64,000 bases of DNA from Basidiobolus meristosporus CBS 931.73 (GCA_002104905.1 MCFE01000287.1:39015-103014); one strand, 5' to 3'. Positions 24,501 to 34,406 are shown, counted from the stretch's first letter. Numbers and translations: made by a program. Notes: generated by a model from the sequence alone, not told the origin.

Positions 24501-25924
24501 CCAGGAAGCGCTTGACCATTGGCCTGGAGTTGGTGGCCAAACCCAAGATTCTGTTCCTCGACGAGCCCACCTCTGGGCTGGACTCTCAGGCCTCGTACAA
24601 CATAGTGCGCTTCTTGCGCACTCTTGCGGACGAGGGACAATCGATTGTGTGCACCATCCATCAGCCCAGCGCGCTTCTCTTCTCCTTCTTCGATAGTATG
24701 CTGTTGCTGGCGCGAGGAGGGAAGACCATCTACTTTGGTCCGATAGGAGACGATGCAAGCATACTGCTGAACTACTTCAGCAAGAATGGAGCCGAGAAAT
24801 GTCCGGACGATGCCAATCCTGCCGAGTACATCCTTGATGTAATCGGCGCGGGTGTTGCATCCGAGTCTACAAAAGATTGGCCTGAGATTTGGAGCAATTC
24901 ACCTGAGTGTACAGAAATACTAAAAAGGTTAGAAAAGATTGAGCCTGTATCTGATGCTCCTCGGCAACAAGAGTACGCAACTCGGCGTCTTCATCAACTG
25001 GGAGTCGTATTCAAGAGAATGCTAGTCTCATATTGGCGACTACCGTCATACAACGTGGGCCGATTTCTGTTCCAAATCTTCATTGGCATCATTCTTGGTT
25101 TCACATTCTATCGACTGAATACTTCGGTCACGGACTTGCAGAGTCGAGTATTTGCCATCTTTCAAACTACAACACTTGGGATATTGGTAATCAACCAAGT
25201 GCAGCCGCAACTTATAGAGCAACGCCAATGGTATTCACGCGAGAAGGCAAGTGGCTTTTATAGCCCTATGTCATTTGCATTCTCTATTATTACAGCCGAA
25301 CTTCCCTACGCGCTCATCACAGCAACTGCATTCTATGTAATCTTCTATTGGCTTGTTGGGCTTAACACCGCCTCCGATCGGGCTGGCTTCTTTTATCTCT
25401 GCTATATGGTCTTCACAATCTTCGCCTCTTCCTTCGGTCAAATGATTGCTGCACTTGCTCCCAATGTTGCCGTAGCATCGATGATTAACCCATTTTTCGC
25501 CTCGATGATGGCATTGTTCTGTGGGGTTACAATCTCATATAATTCTATGCCCGCGTTCTGGAAACACTGGATGTATTGGCTTAGTCCGTATCATTACTTC
25601 GCCGAGGCTGTGATCACCAACGACCTGAAGGGAGTAGCAGTATACTGCAAAGACTCCGAATTCTTCCGGTTCACACCACCTTCTGGGCAGACGTGTGGAG
25701 AATATGCAGATGCGTTCCTCAAGATGGCATCAGGATATCTGAAAGATCCCAATGCCACTGACATGTGCAGTTACTGCCAGTACAGGGTTGGAGAGGATTT
25801 CTACAGAAACCTAGCATGGGACTTTTCCCATCGGTGGAGAAATTTCGGAATACTGTGTCTGTTCACGGTGTTTAATTTATGTGCAGTAGTGTATTTTATT
25901 CACAAGTATCGTACCAGTCGTTGA
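21599..25924 (+). CDS. Full-size PDR-type ABCG transporter A (NBD-TMD)x2, intronless
   Basis: Degenerate Walker A GRPGSGCST, VSGGERKRVSIAE, NBD2 GSSGAGKTT, LFLDEPTSGLD, CTIHQPS, Cys-containing extracellular loops (CQYRVG). Confidence 0.96.
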   Translation: MSEAFHRPIEDPNITWSPEHREPIAYRTTDHQEAGTHHHGVYFGEGVDVEINLAEETFAGLTRTLSRSPADANSAEKGEKEFDLEKHLNAAVKYKKEKGIHTKNLGLTFKKLSVFGEERDFQLISTIGTEFLSAFDLIPWFRNLFKKKPTDYREILHNITGYCKTGEMLLVLGRPGSGCSTLLRVLANQRKTYRKIDGEVLYGGISAVEFGKRFKGQVTYNQEDDQHYPTLTVKQTLDFAIKCKAPTSKIVGDRGNFIRLFREALLSMFGLKDASDTIVGGTMVRGVSGGERKRVSIAEQMGTRSPISIWDGSTKGLDASSALDYVRCLRIQTNILGTTTVATIYQASESIYELFDNVLLLHEGYCIYFGPANEAKGYFESIGFECPPRQTTADFLTGVTSMNERRVRSGFESKVPNTPEEYENCYKQSSFYQATVKELQEFEQAQKERNVEEDFRTAMQEEKTTGTSAKSPYTVGYFSQLKACLVRQFQLILGNKAALYFRFIFNILMAIIEGSVYFKLPLDGTGAFTRGGILFFSLMFNTLSAQAEIPNALNGRGVLYKHKSFALYRPSAFYISQVISDIPFNLSQIVVFSCILYWMVGLHPTAGQFFLFILAIFLTSLTVTAMFRMIAIFSKDIDSATRGVGCIILVYLLYTGYLIHPVDMHPWFKWIYYINPIGYGLGALLVNEFNGLVFSCSGTTLIPFGPSYNDIAHQVCTIMGSNPGVPDVQGSDYLYETFGLRNNRYWINIGALLGFWLLFIIITCVGIEVVEFGKGGYTTQVYKSRCNPDSKSAPAQLLKSAEEHDNLINSGEEPKGETLSWSHINYTVPVKGVPGGRQLLHDVSGWSAPGKLTALMGSSGAGKTTLLDVLAQRKTIGKVEGRILVGEVPQGPDFKRISGYCEQMDIHNPVATVREALKFSAYLRQPEEVSKAEKDAYVESIIKLLDMTDIADALIGEVETGLGISIEARKRLTIGLELVAKPKILFLDEPTSGLDSQASYNIVRFLRTLADEGQSIVCTIHQPSALLFSFFDSMLLLARGGKTIYFGPIGDDASILLNYFSKNGAEKCPDDANPAEYILDVIGAGVASESTKDWPEIWSNSPECTEILKRLEKIEPVSDAPRQQEYATRRLHQLGVVFKRMLVSYWRLPSYNVGRFLFQIFIGIILGFTFYRLNTSVTDLQSRVFAIFQTTTLGILVINQVQPQLIEQRQWYSREKASGFYSPMSFAFSIITAELPYALITATAFYVIFYWLVGLNTASDRAGFFYLCYMVFTIFASSFGQMIAALAPNVAVASMINPFFASMMALFCGVTISYNSMPAFWKHWMYWLSPYHYFAEAVITNDLKGVAVYCKDSEFFRFTPPSGQTCGEYADAFLKMASGYLKDPNATDMCSYCQYRVGEDFYRNLAWDFSHRWRNFGILCLFTVFNLCAVVYFIHKYRTSR

Positions 25925-26038
25925 ATGTAATGATACTCTCTACTCATCAATAGCATTAGTGATCCTTTTAAATTGAACATTGAGCGAAATGAATGGAATC
26001 TAACGTAGAAAAATATATTGCAACATGCAACAAATCGA

Positions 26039-29000
26039 CTAACGATTTCCACGATATCTATGGATGAAGTAGACCACCGCGCATAAATTGAATACCGTGA
26101 ACAAACACAGTATTCCGAAATTTCTCCACCGATGGGAAAAGTCCCATGCTAGGTTTCTGTAGAAATCCTCTCCAACCCTGTACTGGCAGTAACTGCACAT
26201 GTCAGTGGCATTGGGATCTTTCAGATATCCTGATGCCATCTTGAGGAACGCATCTGCATATTCTCCACACGTCTGCCCAGAAGGTGGTGTGAACCGGAAG
26301 AATTCGGAGTCTGTGCAGTATACTGTGACCCCCTTCAGGTCATTGGTGATCACAGCCTCGGCGAAGTAATGATACGGACTAAGCCAATACATCCAATGTT
26401 TCCAGAACGCGGGCATTGATGGATACGGAATAGTGACACCACAAAACAATGCCATCATCGAGGCGAAAAATGGGTTAATCATCGATGCTACGATGATGTT
26501 GGGCGCAAACGCGGCGATCATCTGACCAAAGGATTGTGCAAACATGGCGAAGATTACATAGCAAAAGTAGAAGAAGCCAGCTCGATCGGAGGCGGTGTTA
26601 AGCCCAACTAGCCAATAGAATATAATGACGAAGCAAGTACCAGAGAATAGAGTGTATGGCAGCTCATTCAAGATAATCGAAAAAGCAAACGACATAGGGC
26701 TATAAAAGCCACTTGCCTTCTCTCTTAGGTACCATTGGCGCTGCCTGATAAGTTGTGGTTGCACCTGGGTAATAATAAGGATTCCAAGGGTAGTTGTCTG
26801 GAAAATGGCAAATACTCGACTTTGCAGGTCTCCCACTGATGAAGTCAGACGGTAGAATGTGAAACCAAGAATAATGCCAATGAAGATTTGGAACAGAAAT
26901 CGGCCCACGTTGTATGACGGTAGTCGCCAATATGAGACTAGCATTCTCTTGAATACGATTCCCAGTTGATGAAGGCGCCCAGTAGCATACTCTCGCTGGT
27001 AGGTAACATTTGATTTTACTTTGATGCTCTCTACGTGTTCTAATACACCAACACGCTCGGGTGATTGCTGCCATACTTCAGTCCAATCTTTTGAAGCCTT
27101 GTTAGCGACACCTGCGCCGATTACATCAAGGATGTACTCGGCAGGATTGGCATCGTCCGGACATTTCTCGGCTCCATTCTTGCTGAAGTAGTTCAGCAGT
27201 ATGCTTGCATCGTCTCCTATCGGACCAAAGTAGATGGTCTTCCCTCCTCGCGCCAGCAACAGCATACTATCGAAGAAGGAGAAGAGAAGCGCGCTGGGCT
27301 GATGGATGGTGCACACAATCGATTGTCCCTCGTCCGCAAGAGTGCGCAAGAAGCGCACTATGTTGTACGAGGCCTGAGAGTCCAGCCCAGAGGTGGGCTC
27401 GTCGAGGAACAGAATCTTGGGTTTGGCCACCAACTCCAGGCCAATGGTCAAGCGCTTCCTGGCCTCGATCGATATGCCAAGCCCGGTCTCCACCTCACCG
27501 ATCAGAGCGTCCGCGATGTCGGTCATGTCCAACAGCTTGATGATGGACTCCACGTAAGCATCCTTCTCTGCCTTCGACACCTCCTCCGGTTGGCGCAGGT
27601 AGGCGGAGAACTTCAAAGCCTCACGGACCGTGGCCACTGGGTTGTGGATGTCCATTTGCTCACAGTACCCCGAGATCCGCTTGAAATCGGGGCCTTGGGG
27701 CACCTCGCCAACAAGGATACGTCCTTCGACCTTACCAATGGTCTTTCGCTGGGCCAGAACATCCAGCAAGGTGGTTTTCCCAGCACCTGATGACCCCATG
27801 AGGGCTGTCAGTTTTCCAGGAGCGGACCATCCGGACACATCGTGTAGCAGCTGACGGCCGCCAGGTACACCCTTGACTGGTACAGTATAATTGATATGGC
27901 TCCAAGAAAAGCTCTCTCCTTGCATTTCTTGTTTCAATGGAGCATCTTCGCTCTCTGATACGTTGGTCTCCAAGATAGTTTCATCTTCCTCGAGTTGTTG
28001 ACGCTGTCTAGACTTGTAGACTTGAGTGGTATAGCCACCTTTGCCGAACTCGACCACCTCAATACCCACACAGGTAATGATGATGAACAGTAGCCAGAAC
28101 CCAAGCAACGCTCCGATGTTGATCCAGTATCTGTTGTTCCTGAGTCCAAATGTCTCGTAGAGATAGTCGCTTCCTTGGACATCCGGAACACCAGGATTTG
28201 AACCCATGATGGTGCACACCTGATGTGCGATGTCGTTGTACGATGGACCGAATGGGATGAGCGTTGTTCCTGAACAAGAGAACACCAACCCATTGAACTC
28301 ATTGACTAGCAAAGCACCCATACCATAGCCAATAGGATTAATGTAGTAAATCCACTTGAACCACGGATGCATGTCAACAGGATGGATTAAATAGCCGGTG
28401 TACAAAAGGTATACAAGAATGAAACAGCCCACAGTCCTTGTCGCACTGTCTAAATCTTTCGAGAAGATTGCAATCATTCGAAACATCGCAGTAATGGTAA
28501 GAGAGGTCAAGAAAATAGCCAGGATGAATAGGAAAAACCGGCCAGCAGCAGGGTGGAGTCCAACCATCCAATATAAGATGCAGGAAAATATGGTGATTTG
28601 AGTCAAATTGAACGGTATGTCTGAGACCACTTGTGCTATATAGAAGGCACTAGGGCGATACAATGCAAAAGATTTATGCTTGTAAAGTACCCCACGCCCA
28701 TTCAACGCATTCGGAATCTCTGCCTGCGCGTTAAGAGTGTTGAAAAGCATCGAAAAGAATAGAATACCACCACGAGTGAAAGCACCAGCGCCGTCCAGTG
28801 GAAGTTTAAAATACACCGATCCTTCGATAATTGCCATCAGAATGTTGAAACCTGACCGAAAATACAACGCAGCCTTGTTGCCCAAAATCAGTTGGAACTG
28901 TCGAACCAAACACGCCTTCAGCTGGGAGAAATACCCGACAGTGTATGGACTCTTCGCCGAGGTACCTGTGGTCTTTTCCTCTTGCATCGCTGTTCGGAAA

Positions 29001-30358
29001 TCCTCCTCCACATTCCTCTCCTTTTGTGCCTGCTCAAACTCTTGCAACTCCTTAACAGTCGCTTGATAGAACGAGCTTTGTTTGTAGCAGTTTTCATACT
29101 CCTCCGGGGTGTTGGGCACCTTGCTTTCAAACCCGCTTCGGACTCTTCGCTCGTTCATCGACGTGACCCCAGTCAGAAAATCAGCGGTGGTTTGTCTCGG
29201 GGGACACTCGAACCCAATCGACTCGAAATATCCCTTCGCTTCGTTCGCTGGCCCAAAGTAGATACAGTAGCCCTCATGAAGAAGCAACACGTTATCGAAC
29301 AGCTCGTATATACTCTCAGATGCCTGGTAGATGGTCACCACAGTAGTTGTCCCTAAGATATCCGTCTGAATGCGAAGACAGCGGACATAATCCAAGGCAC
29401 TGGAAGCATCCAATCCCTTCGTGCTACCATCCCAGATACTGATCGGAGAGCGTGTACCCATTTGCTCAGCAATGCTCACTCGCTTCCTCTCACCACCAGA
29501 CACACCTCGCACCATGGCTCCTCCGACAATTGTGTTGGCAGCACCTTTTAAACCGAACATACTAAGTAAGCTGGTACGTAATGTATCTACAAAGGCGGCA
29601 CGATCACCCACGATCTTTGAAGTTGGGGCCTTGCATTTGATGGCAAAGTCAAGCGTTTGTTTGACTGTCAGTGTCGGGTAATGCTGATCATCTTCCTGGT
29701 TGTATGTCACCTGACCTTTGAAACGTTTCCCAAATTCGACTGCAGGAATTCCACCGTACAACACCTCGCCGTCGATCTTTCTGTAGGTTTTGCGCTGGTT
29801 CGCAAGCACACGCAGTAGTGTAGAACAACCGCTGCCAGGTCTGCCCAAAACTAACAGCAGCTCACCTGTCTGGCAATACCCGGTTATATTGTGCAGGATT
29901 TCCTTGTGGTTCTTCTCAGCAGTAGAGAACAAACGTCCAATCGATGGAACAAGCTTCAAAGCTCTTGTGAAAAAATTGCCAACTGTACTGATACGTTGGA
30001 AGTTCTCGCTCTCACCGTACACGCTCAAGTTACTGAAAGTTAGGCCTAGCCTCTTAGTTATAACTCCTTTTTCCTTTCGGCTTCTAAGTACTGCTTTTAA
30101 ATGTTTTTCGAGGTCAAATTCGGCCTGGCCAGCCTCAGCGCTCAGTATATCTTGCGGTGTACGTGAAAGTGTGCGACTAACACCGACAAATGTCTCTTCG
30201 GCCCTGTCAATGGATACGTTTGTGTTTTCACCGAAATTGGTCTCTCCAGTTATTTCTTCGTCCCCGGCATCAGGATTTCTAAAACTGACCGGAGTAGGGA
30301 TATCCGAAGACCACAGACTATTTGGGTCTTCGATAGGTCTGTGTAATGCCTCCGACAT
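26039..30358 (-). CDS. Full-size PDR-type ABCG transporter B, inverted tail-to-tail paralog of A, intronless
   Basis: Same motifs as A; mosaic of identical and diverged blocks relative to A; 114 bp between the stop codons. Confidence 0.96.
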   Translation of the reverse strand: MSEALHRPIEDPNSLWSSDIPTPVSFRNPDAGDEEITGETNFGENTNVSIDRAEETFVGVSRTLSRTPQDILSAEAGQAEFDLEKHLKAVLRSRKEKGVITKRLGLTFSNLSVYGESENFQRISTVGNFFTRALKLVPSIGRLFSTAEKNHKEILHNITGYCQTGELLLVLGRPGSGCSTLLRVLANQRKTYRKIDGEVLYGGIPAVEFGKRFKGQVTYNQEDDQHYPTLTVKQTLDFAIKCKAPTSKIVGDRAAFVDTLRTSLLSMFGLKGAANTIVGGAMVRGVSGGERKRVSIAEQMGTRSPISIWDGSTKGLDASSALDYVRCLRIQTDILGTTTVVTIYQASESIYELFDNVLLLHEGYCIYFGPANEAKGYFESIGFECPPRQTTADFLTGVTSMNERRVRSGFESKVPNTPEEYENCYKQSSFYQATVKELQEFEQAQKERNVEEDFRTAMQEEKTTGTSAKSPYTVGYFSQLKACLVRQFQLILGNKAALYFRSGFNILMAIIEGSVYFKLPLDGAGAFTRGGILFFSMLFNTLNAQAEIPNALNGRGVLYKHKSFALYRPSAFYIAQVVSDIPFNLTQITIFSCILYWMVGLHPAAGRFFLFILAIFLTSLTITAMFRMIAIFSKDLDSATRTVGCFILVYLLYTGYLIHPVDMHPWFKWIYYINPIGYGMGALLVNEFNGLVFSCSGTTLIPFGPSYNDIAHQVCTIMGSNPGVPDVQGSDYLYETFGLRNNRYWINIGALLGFWLLFIIITCVGIEVVEFGKGGYTTQVYKSRQRQQLEEDETILETNVSESEDAPLKQEMQGESFSWSHINYTVPVKGVPGGRQLLHDVSGWSAPGKLTALMGSSGAGKTTLLDVLAQRKTIGKVEGRILVGEVPQGPDFKRISGYCEQMDIHNPVATVREALKFSAYLRQPEEVSKAEKDAYVESIIKLLDMTDIADALIGEVETGLGISIEARKRLTIGLELVAKPKILFLDEPTSGLDSQASYNIVRFLRTLADEGQSIVCTIHQPSALLFSFFDSMLLLARGGKTIYFGPIGDDASILLNYFSKNGAEKCPDDANPAEYILDVIGAGVANKASKDWTEVWQQSPERVGVLEHVESIKVKSNVTYQREYATGRLHQLGIVFKRMLVSYWRLPSYNVGRFLFQIFIGIILGFTFYRLTSSVGDLQSRVFAIFQTTTLGILIITQVQPQLIRQRQWYLREKASGFYSPMSFAFSIILNELPYTLFSGTCFVIIFYWLVGLNTASDRAGFFYFCYVIFAMFAQSFGQMIAAFAPNIIVASMINPFFASMMALFCGVTIPYPSMPAFWKHWMYWLSPYHYFAEAVITNDLKGVTVYCTDSEFFRFTPPSGQTCGEYADAFLKMASGYLKDPNATDMCSYCQYRVGEDFYRNLAWDFSHRWRNFGILCLFTVFNLCAVVYFIHRYRGNR

Positions 30359-31489
30359 CACAAGACGGATTAATAACTTCTAGTGTTTGTGGGTTTTTAA
30401 CCGTCGGCAGAAAAGCTTTAGAATAGCTATCTGGAAGCTGCAATTGCAGTGATGATATCTTGTAAGGCACACGAAACCAAATCAACCATTCACCTTTATA
30501 TATGGCATCGAATGCTCATTCGGCAACAGTCACATTACAATCAACTTTCCCATCATGGCCACCGACAGGGCTTGTTTTTAAAGATTTTTTTGGAAGATTC
30601 GTCATGGACCAATAATCAACGGATGGGAAAACCCAATTCCCGTCTCCCAATGCACCTTACTCATCACTTGGAATGAAAATCCTCTTGGCTGGGTTCTAGT
30701 ATGCCCATCCTATTTTTGCTTACGAAACTAGAAGATTCCATACTTGTGGCTTGGGGGTTGGATTTTCCTTCTCAATAGCCTATATTTGGGATGTTGCTCA
30801 CGATATGAAGATTGCTTGATTATTCGGTGTCCTCGAGAAACTCCGTTTATCCACCGGGTGCCGCCTTATTCCCTTTCTTTTGCTGAGCGATACAAGACGC
30901 GACTGTCCAAACCCTACTTTGCTGCTGCCTGGTCCGATACGCTGGGGGAGAGATCGTTTATATCGATGGGTTGCTCGGAACACTCCTCCTGGATCTCCAT
31001 GATGGATTCACTGATCGGTAGGGTCACCAAAGCATTTCCACGAGGGAGTTCGGAGGAAATGGCCGGCGGGGTTAACGCGACAACACTGTCGATGAAACTG
31101 ATGAAATTCTTCGATTTGATCTGCATCAAGAGCGCATGAGCGTCCAAGATTCGAGGCCACTTTAAATATGGTCTGCCCTCAGCGATGGTGTGATGAAACC
31201 TTGCAGATGAACATTCGACCGCATGCATGAATAAATCACTCCTGTTTCATCGTCATCGATTACGTACGAGAATAATCAATACCTAACCTTTTATGGGCAG
31301 CGATTTGCCCTTTTTCGACAACGATTGGATTCGGAAATATACTTCAATGTTGCTAGAAATCCGCTTTAATATTACAACAGTATTGTGATGTTTCGTTATC
31401 ACTAGATATGCTCTTTGATAATACAATAGATTATTGTGACGTCCTGTTAGAAAGAATTTCGATGACTCCAGGTGATCCAATCAGCCAGG

Positions 31490-32781
31490 TTATTCAAACA
31501 AACCAACACTCCCCTGACCATAAGCAGGTAGTGGACAATTGGGAAGGGTGATCCCGGATTTCAGCTGCTTTTTGTCAGTGAAAACACCCCACATGGTTTC
31601 GCGTGGTTCATTGAAGATGATCTTCCAAGGCTCGTCGAAGATTTCGAAGAAGAAATTGGGCACTTTTCGCTTGTTGGCCTCGCAAACAAACGTGTCCAGC
31701 AGCTTCTGTAGGTTAGCCACGCTAGCGACGGCTCCTCTGTCACTTGCTCCGCCAGTTGGCCATCCTACCTCGGAAATAACCGCCTTCTTCCCGACCTTGG
31801 CTGCCACATCAACATCGTGTTCCTGGAAATATTGGAAAGTCCACGTGGCCGCATCCTCCACCGTTGTGCCAGCGAAGAATGGATGAACATTATCAAACAA
31901 GATGTCCGACATCTCGATGATCTTATCCAACTGCTCAATGTCCGTACTGAACACCGGGATTTCGGGATGTCCGGCGGCCTTTATGCGATCCCTCACATCT
32001 TTCACTCGCTTCTGCAGCTCCTCCACGGAGACTGATCATTGAGAGGCAAACGTTAATCTCCATGAAAAACCAAACTCCGAGGGATATTGTGAGACATACT
32101 TTCTTTGCGGTATAGGGCCTCGTTACCTACACTGACCCCGATGATGTTGTCCCAGCCGTAGCGATCGGCCACTTTGAAGAACGTTTCGTACTGCCGATTG
32201 TAGGTGGTGATGTTGTTATCCACCCAAATGGTCGGAATGACACCCATACGGATGTTGAGCGCGTTGATTCCATTCATGATGTACTCGAATTGACGACAGT
32301 CCCTGGGAACATTAAGTGAAGGGTCAGGTGGCAAATCTACAGTTGAATGGCTTCATGAGAATACTCACATGCCGTAGATTCGAATTCTGGGCGTGAGTTG
32401 GGAAAGGATCTTGAGATCCTCAATCACCTCATCTTGGGTGTCTCCACACCAGGGGTATTGAACGTTCAGCGGGGTATATGCCATCCCCCAGAACGACCTG
32501 GTATACTTTGGATTCGGTTGGATCTTTAGGTCGGTGGTGATGGGGATGCTTGGATCAACGTAACCACTGGTTCCGCCTGTGGTCGTAGTGTTATTTGGTT
32601 TGTTGGCATTATTGTTATTAGTATTACTATTATTATTATCGTTCATACTGTTACTGGAACCGTTGTCTTGGTTCTTCTTGTGAGTGAAGTAGTAGCCAAG
32701 ACCTCCGCCGAGTGCCGCCAGGACAATGATTGTTGCTACAACAATGGCGATGATGGACTTCTTGGACAAGGCTCGCTTCAT
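31490..32781 (-). CDS. Membrane-anchored GH17 beta-1,3-glucanase/transglucosylase (BtgC-like), 3 exons
   Basis: N-terminal TM helix, Asn-rich linker, LTPRIRIYGMDC, VSVGNE (acid/base Glu), VISEVGWPT (nucleophile), FFEIFDEPWK. Introns about 32303-32368 and 32040-32099. Confidence 0.9.
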
Positions 32782-33470
32782 CTATTTTAACTGACGAGGG
32801 AATTGAAAGTGGTGTGTGATCCATACCCGACTGATTATATAGACTTCCGCATGGGCTTCACGTGCCAACTGCTTGAACCATTTAAGGGTTGACCAGTACA
32901 GAAGAGATTTTACCACCACTTCGACTACAAATTCGTGATTTCCAAATTCATCCAGCGTATTACTGGAAATGCACCGGTAATAGAACTCTATCTGAAGTAC
33001 CCGATCCTGATTGGCCTACATCCACTATACCACTAATGATTTGTGTGCAATGATGGCGTTCATGCGTTGAAGTAGGCTTTTGGAATCCATATTGGAGCTA
33101 CCCGTGAAATAATCGGACTTTATTTATAGTTTGATTTGGTGTCACTTCACATTTGACAAGATACGTTGGTGGCCGAGAGCCTGCTTGTTTCAGGTTGGGA
33201 TTACTTCATACGAAAGAATCTTCTGCTCATGCATCTATCACAATCATCCATCTCAACAGTGCCTACCTGATGCTAAACCGATCAGCAGCCCAGCCCAACA
33301 TTTGGGTGAAAGGGATGCAAGGTTAATTTCGGTCTATTTTCTGCCAACAAATGCAGTCCCAAGTATCAATTACGACATAATGGTCAAGAAGGGAGGATCT
33401 TCGTTTTAGAATCATGCTTTATATAGTACATTGTTTAAAACCATCACTAACTACCGGATTACCCGCAAGG

Positions 33471-34055
33471 CTATGCGCTTCTTCTACCAAACAAACTCTT
33501 CAGTTTCGACATCATCCCGTCGGAGCTCTCCGTCTTCTGTTCAATCTGAGGCTTCTCCTCGACAATGCATTCTTCCTCACGTACTCTACCCTTGCTCACC
33601 GGTGCTTCGGCGGAGGGCTTCTTCATCATTCCCATGACCTCGGTCATGTCCAGCTTGATACCACTGTCCTGCAAAAGTTTGGTCAACTGCTGGGCCTGGG
33701 TACGTACTTGGGGGTCGCTCATGACCCGCATGATTTGCATGAAATTGGGTGGGCTACCGCTAGCAACGTTGACCCCCTTGGTTGAGAGAAGAGTGACAAG
33801 GGATTGCAAAGCCTCTAGGACCTCTGGGTTGCTCAAGATCTTCTTGACTGTGGGATGCTCTGGGTCAAGGTTTCCAAAGTTCGCGGAAGATCTTGGGATG
33901 CTGGCGTGGAACTCACGAACGCCTGGGAGGTCGAGGGAACGCACCCCGGTAGCTCTCAAAGAGACGTGATAAATGCGTGGGGCGACATGGCTTTTAGCGA
34001 GTTGAAGAGCACGAACGGTCGCGATACGGCCAACTCCAATACGAAGGGCGGACAT
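33471..34055 (-). CDS. Putative mitochondrial protein with STI1/DP-like helical repeats (194 aa)
   Basis: Arg-rich presequence ending ..REFHAS; motifs KILSNPEVLEALQ and MRVMSDPQVR resemble STI1 repeats. Confidence 0.65.
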   Translation of the reverse strand: MSALRIGVGRIATVRALQLAKSHVAPRIYHVSLRATGVRSLDLPGVREFHASIPRSSANFGNLDPEHPTVKKILSNPEVLEALQSLVTLLSTKGVNVASGSPPNFMQIMRVMSDPQVRTQAQQLTKLLQDSGIKLDMTEVMGMMKKPSAEAPVSKGRVREEECIVEEKPQIEQKTESSDGMMSKLKSLFGRRSA

Positions 34056-34406
34056 TTCTTGGCTAGTGGTGGGGGTTGGTCAAGAAGACCACCACACTCG
34101 CAGTAAATACCAAATTTTGATTCCCCGAGTCAGAAGCAAAAAAAATGGCCTCCCCCATAGGAGAGAGATTTATTGATTTCTTGACTGGATTGACTGGATT
34201 GACCGTAATCTAAGATCGTACAATTGAACCGCTTGGCTGAGGCGAATAGGTTAAAAGCTCAACAACATCCAGTGCTCGAATCTTTTTGGATTTGGAATTG
34301 GGCATAAATTACTTTTGCTACTTTGCACAATACATTGATAAAAGGTCAAATATGTAAAAGGAAGAGCGGACAGGGAGTGGTTAACTGGGGATAAGAAGGA
34401 TGGTGA

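Noticed and set aside
21709-30383. Antisense ORFs over the PDR genes (for example the 162, 154 and 197 aa ORFs)
   Set aside because: Shadow ORFs; used only as evidence of DNA identity between paralogs.
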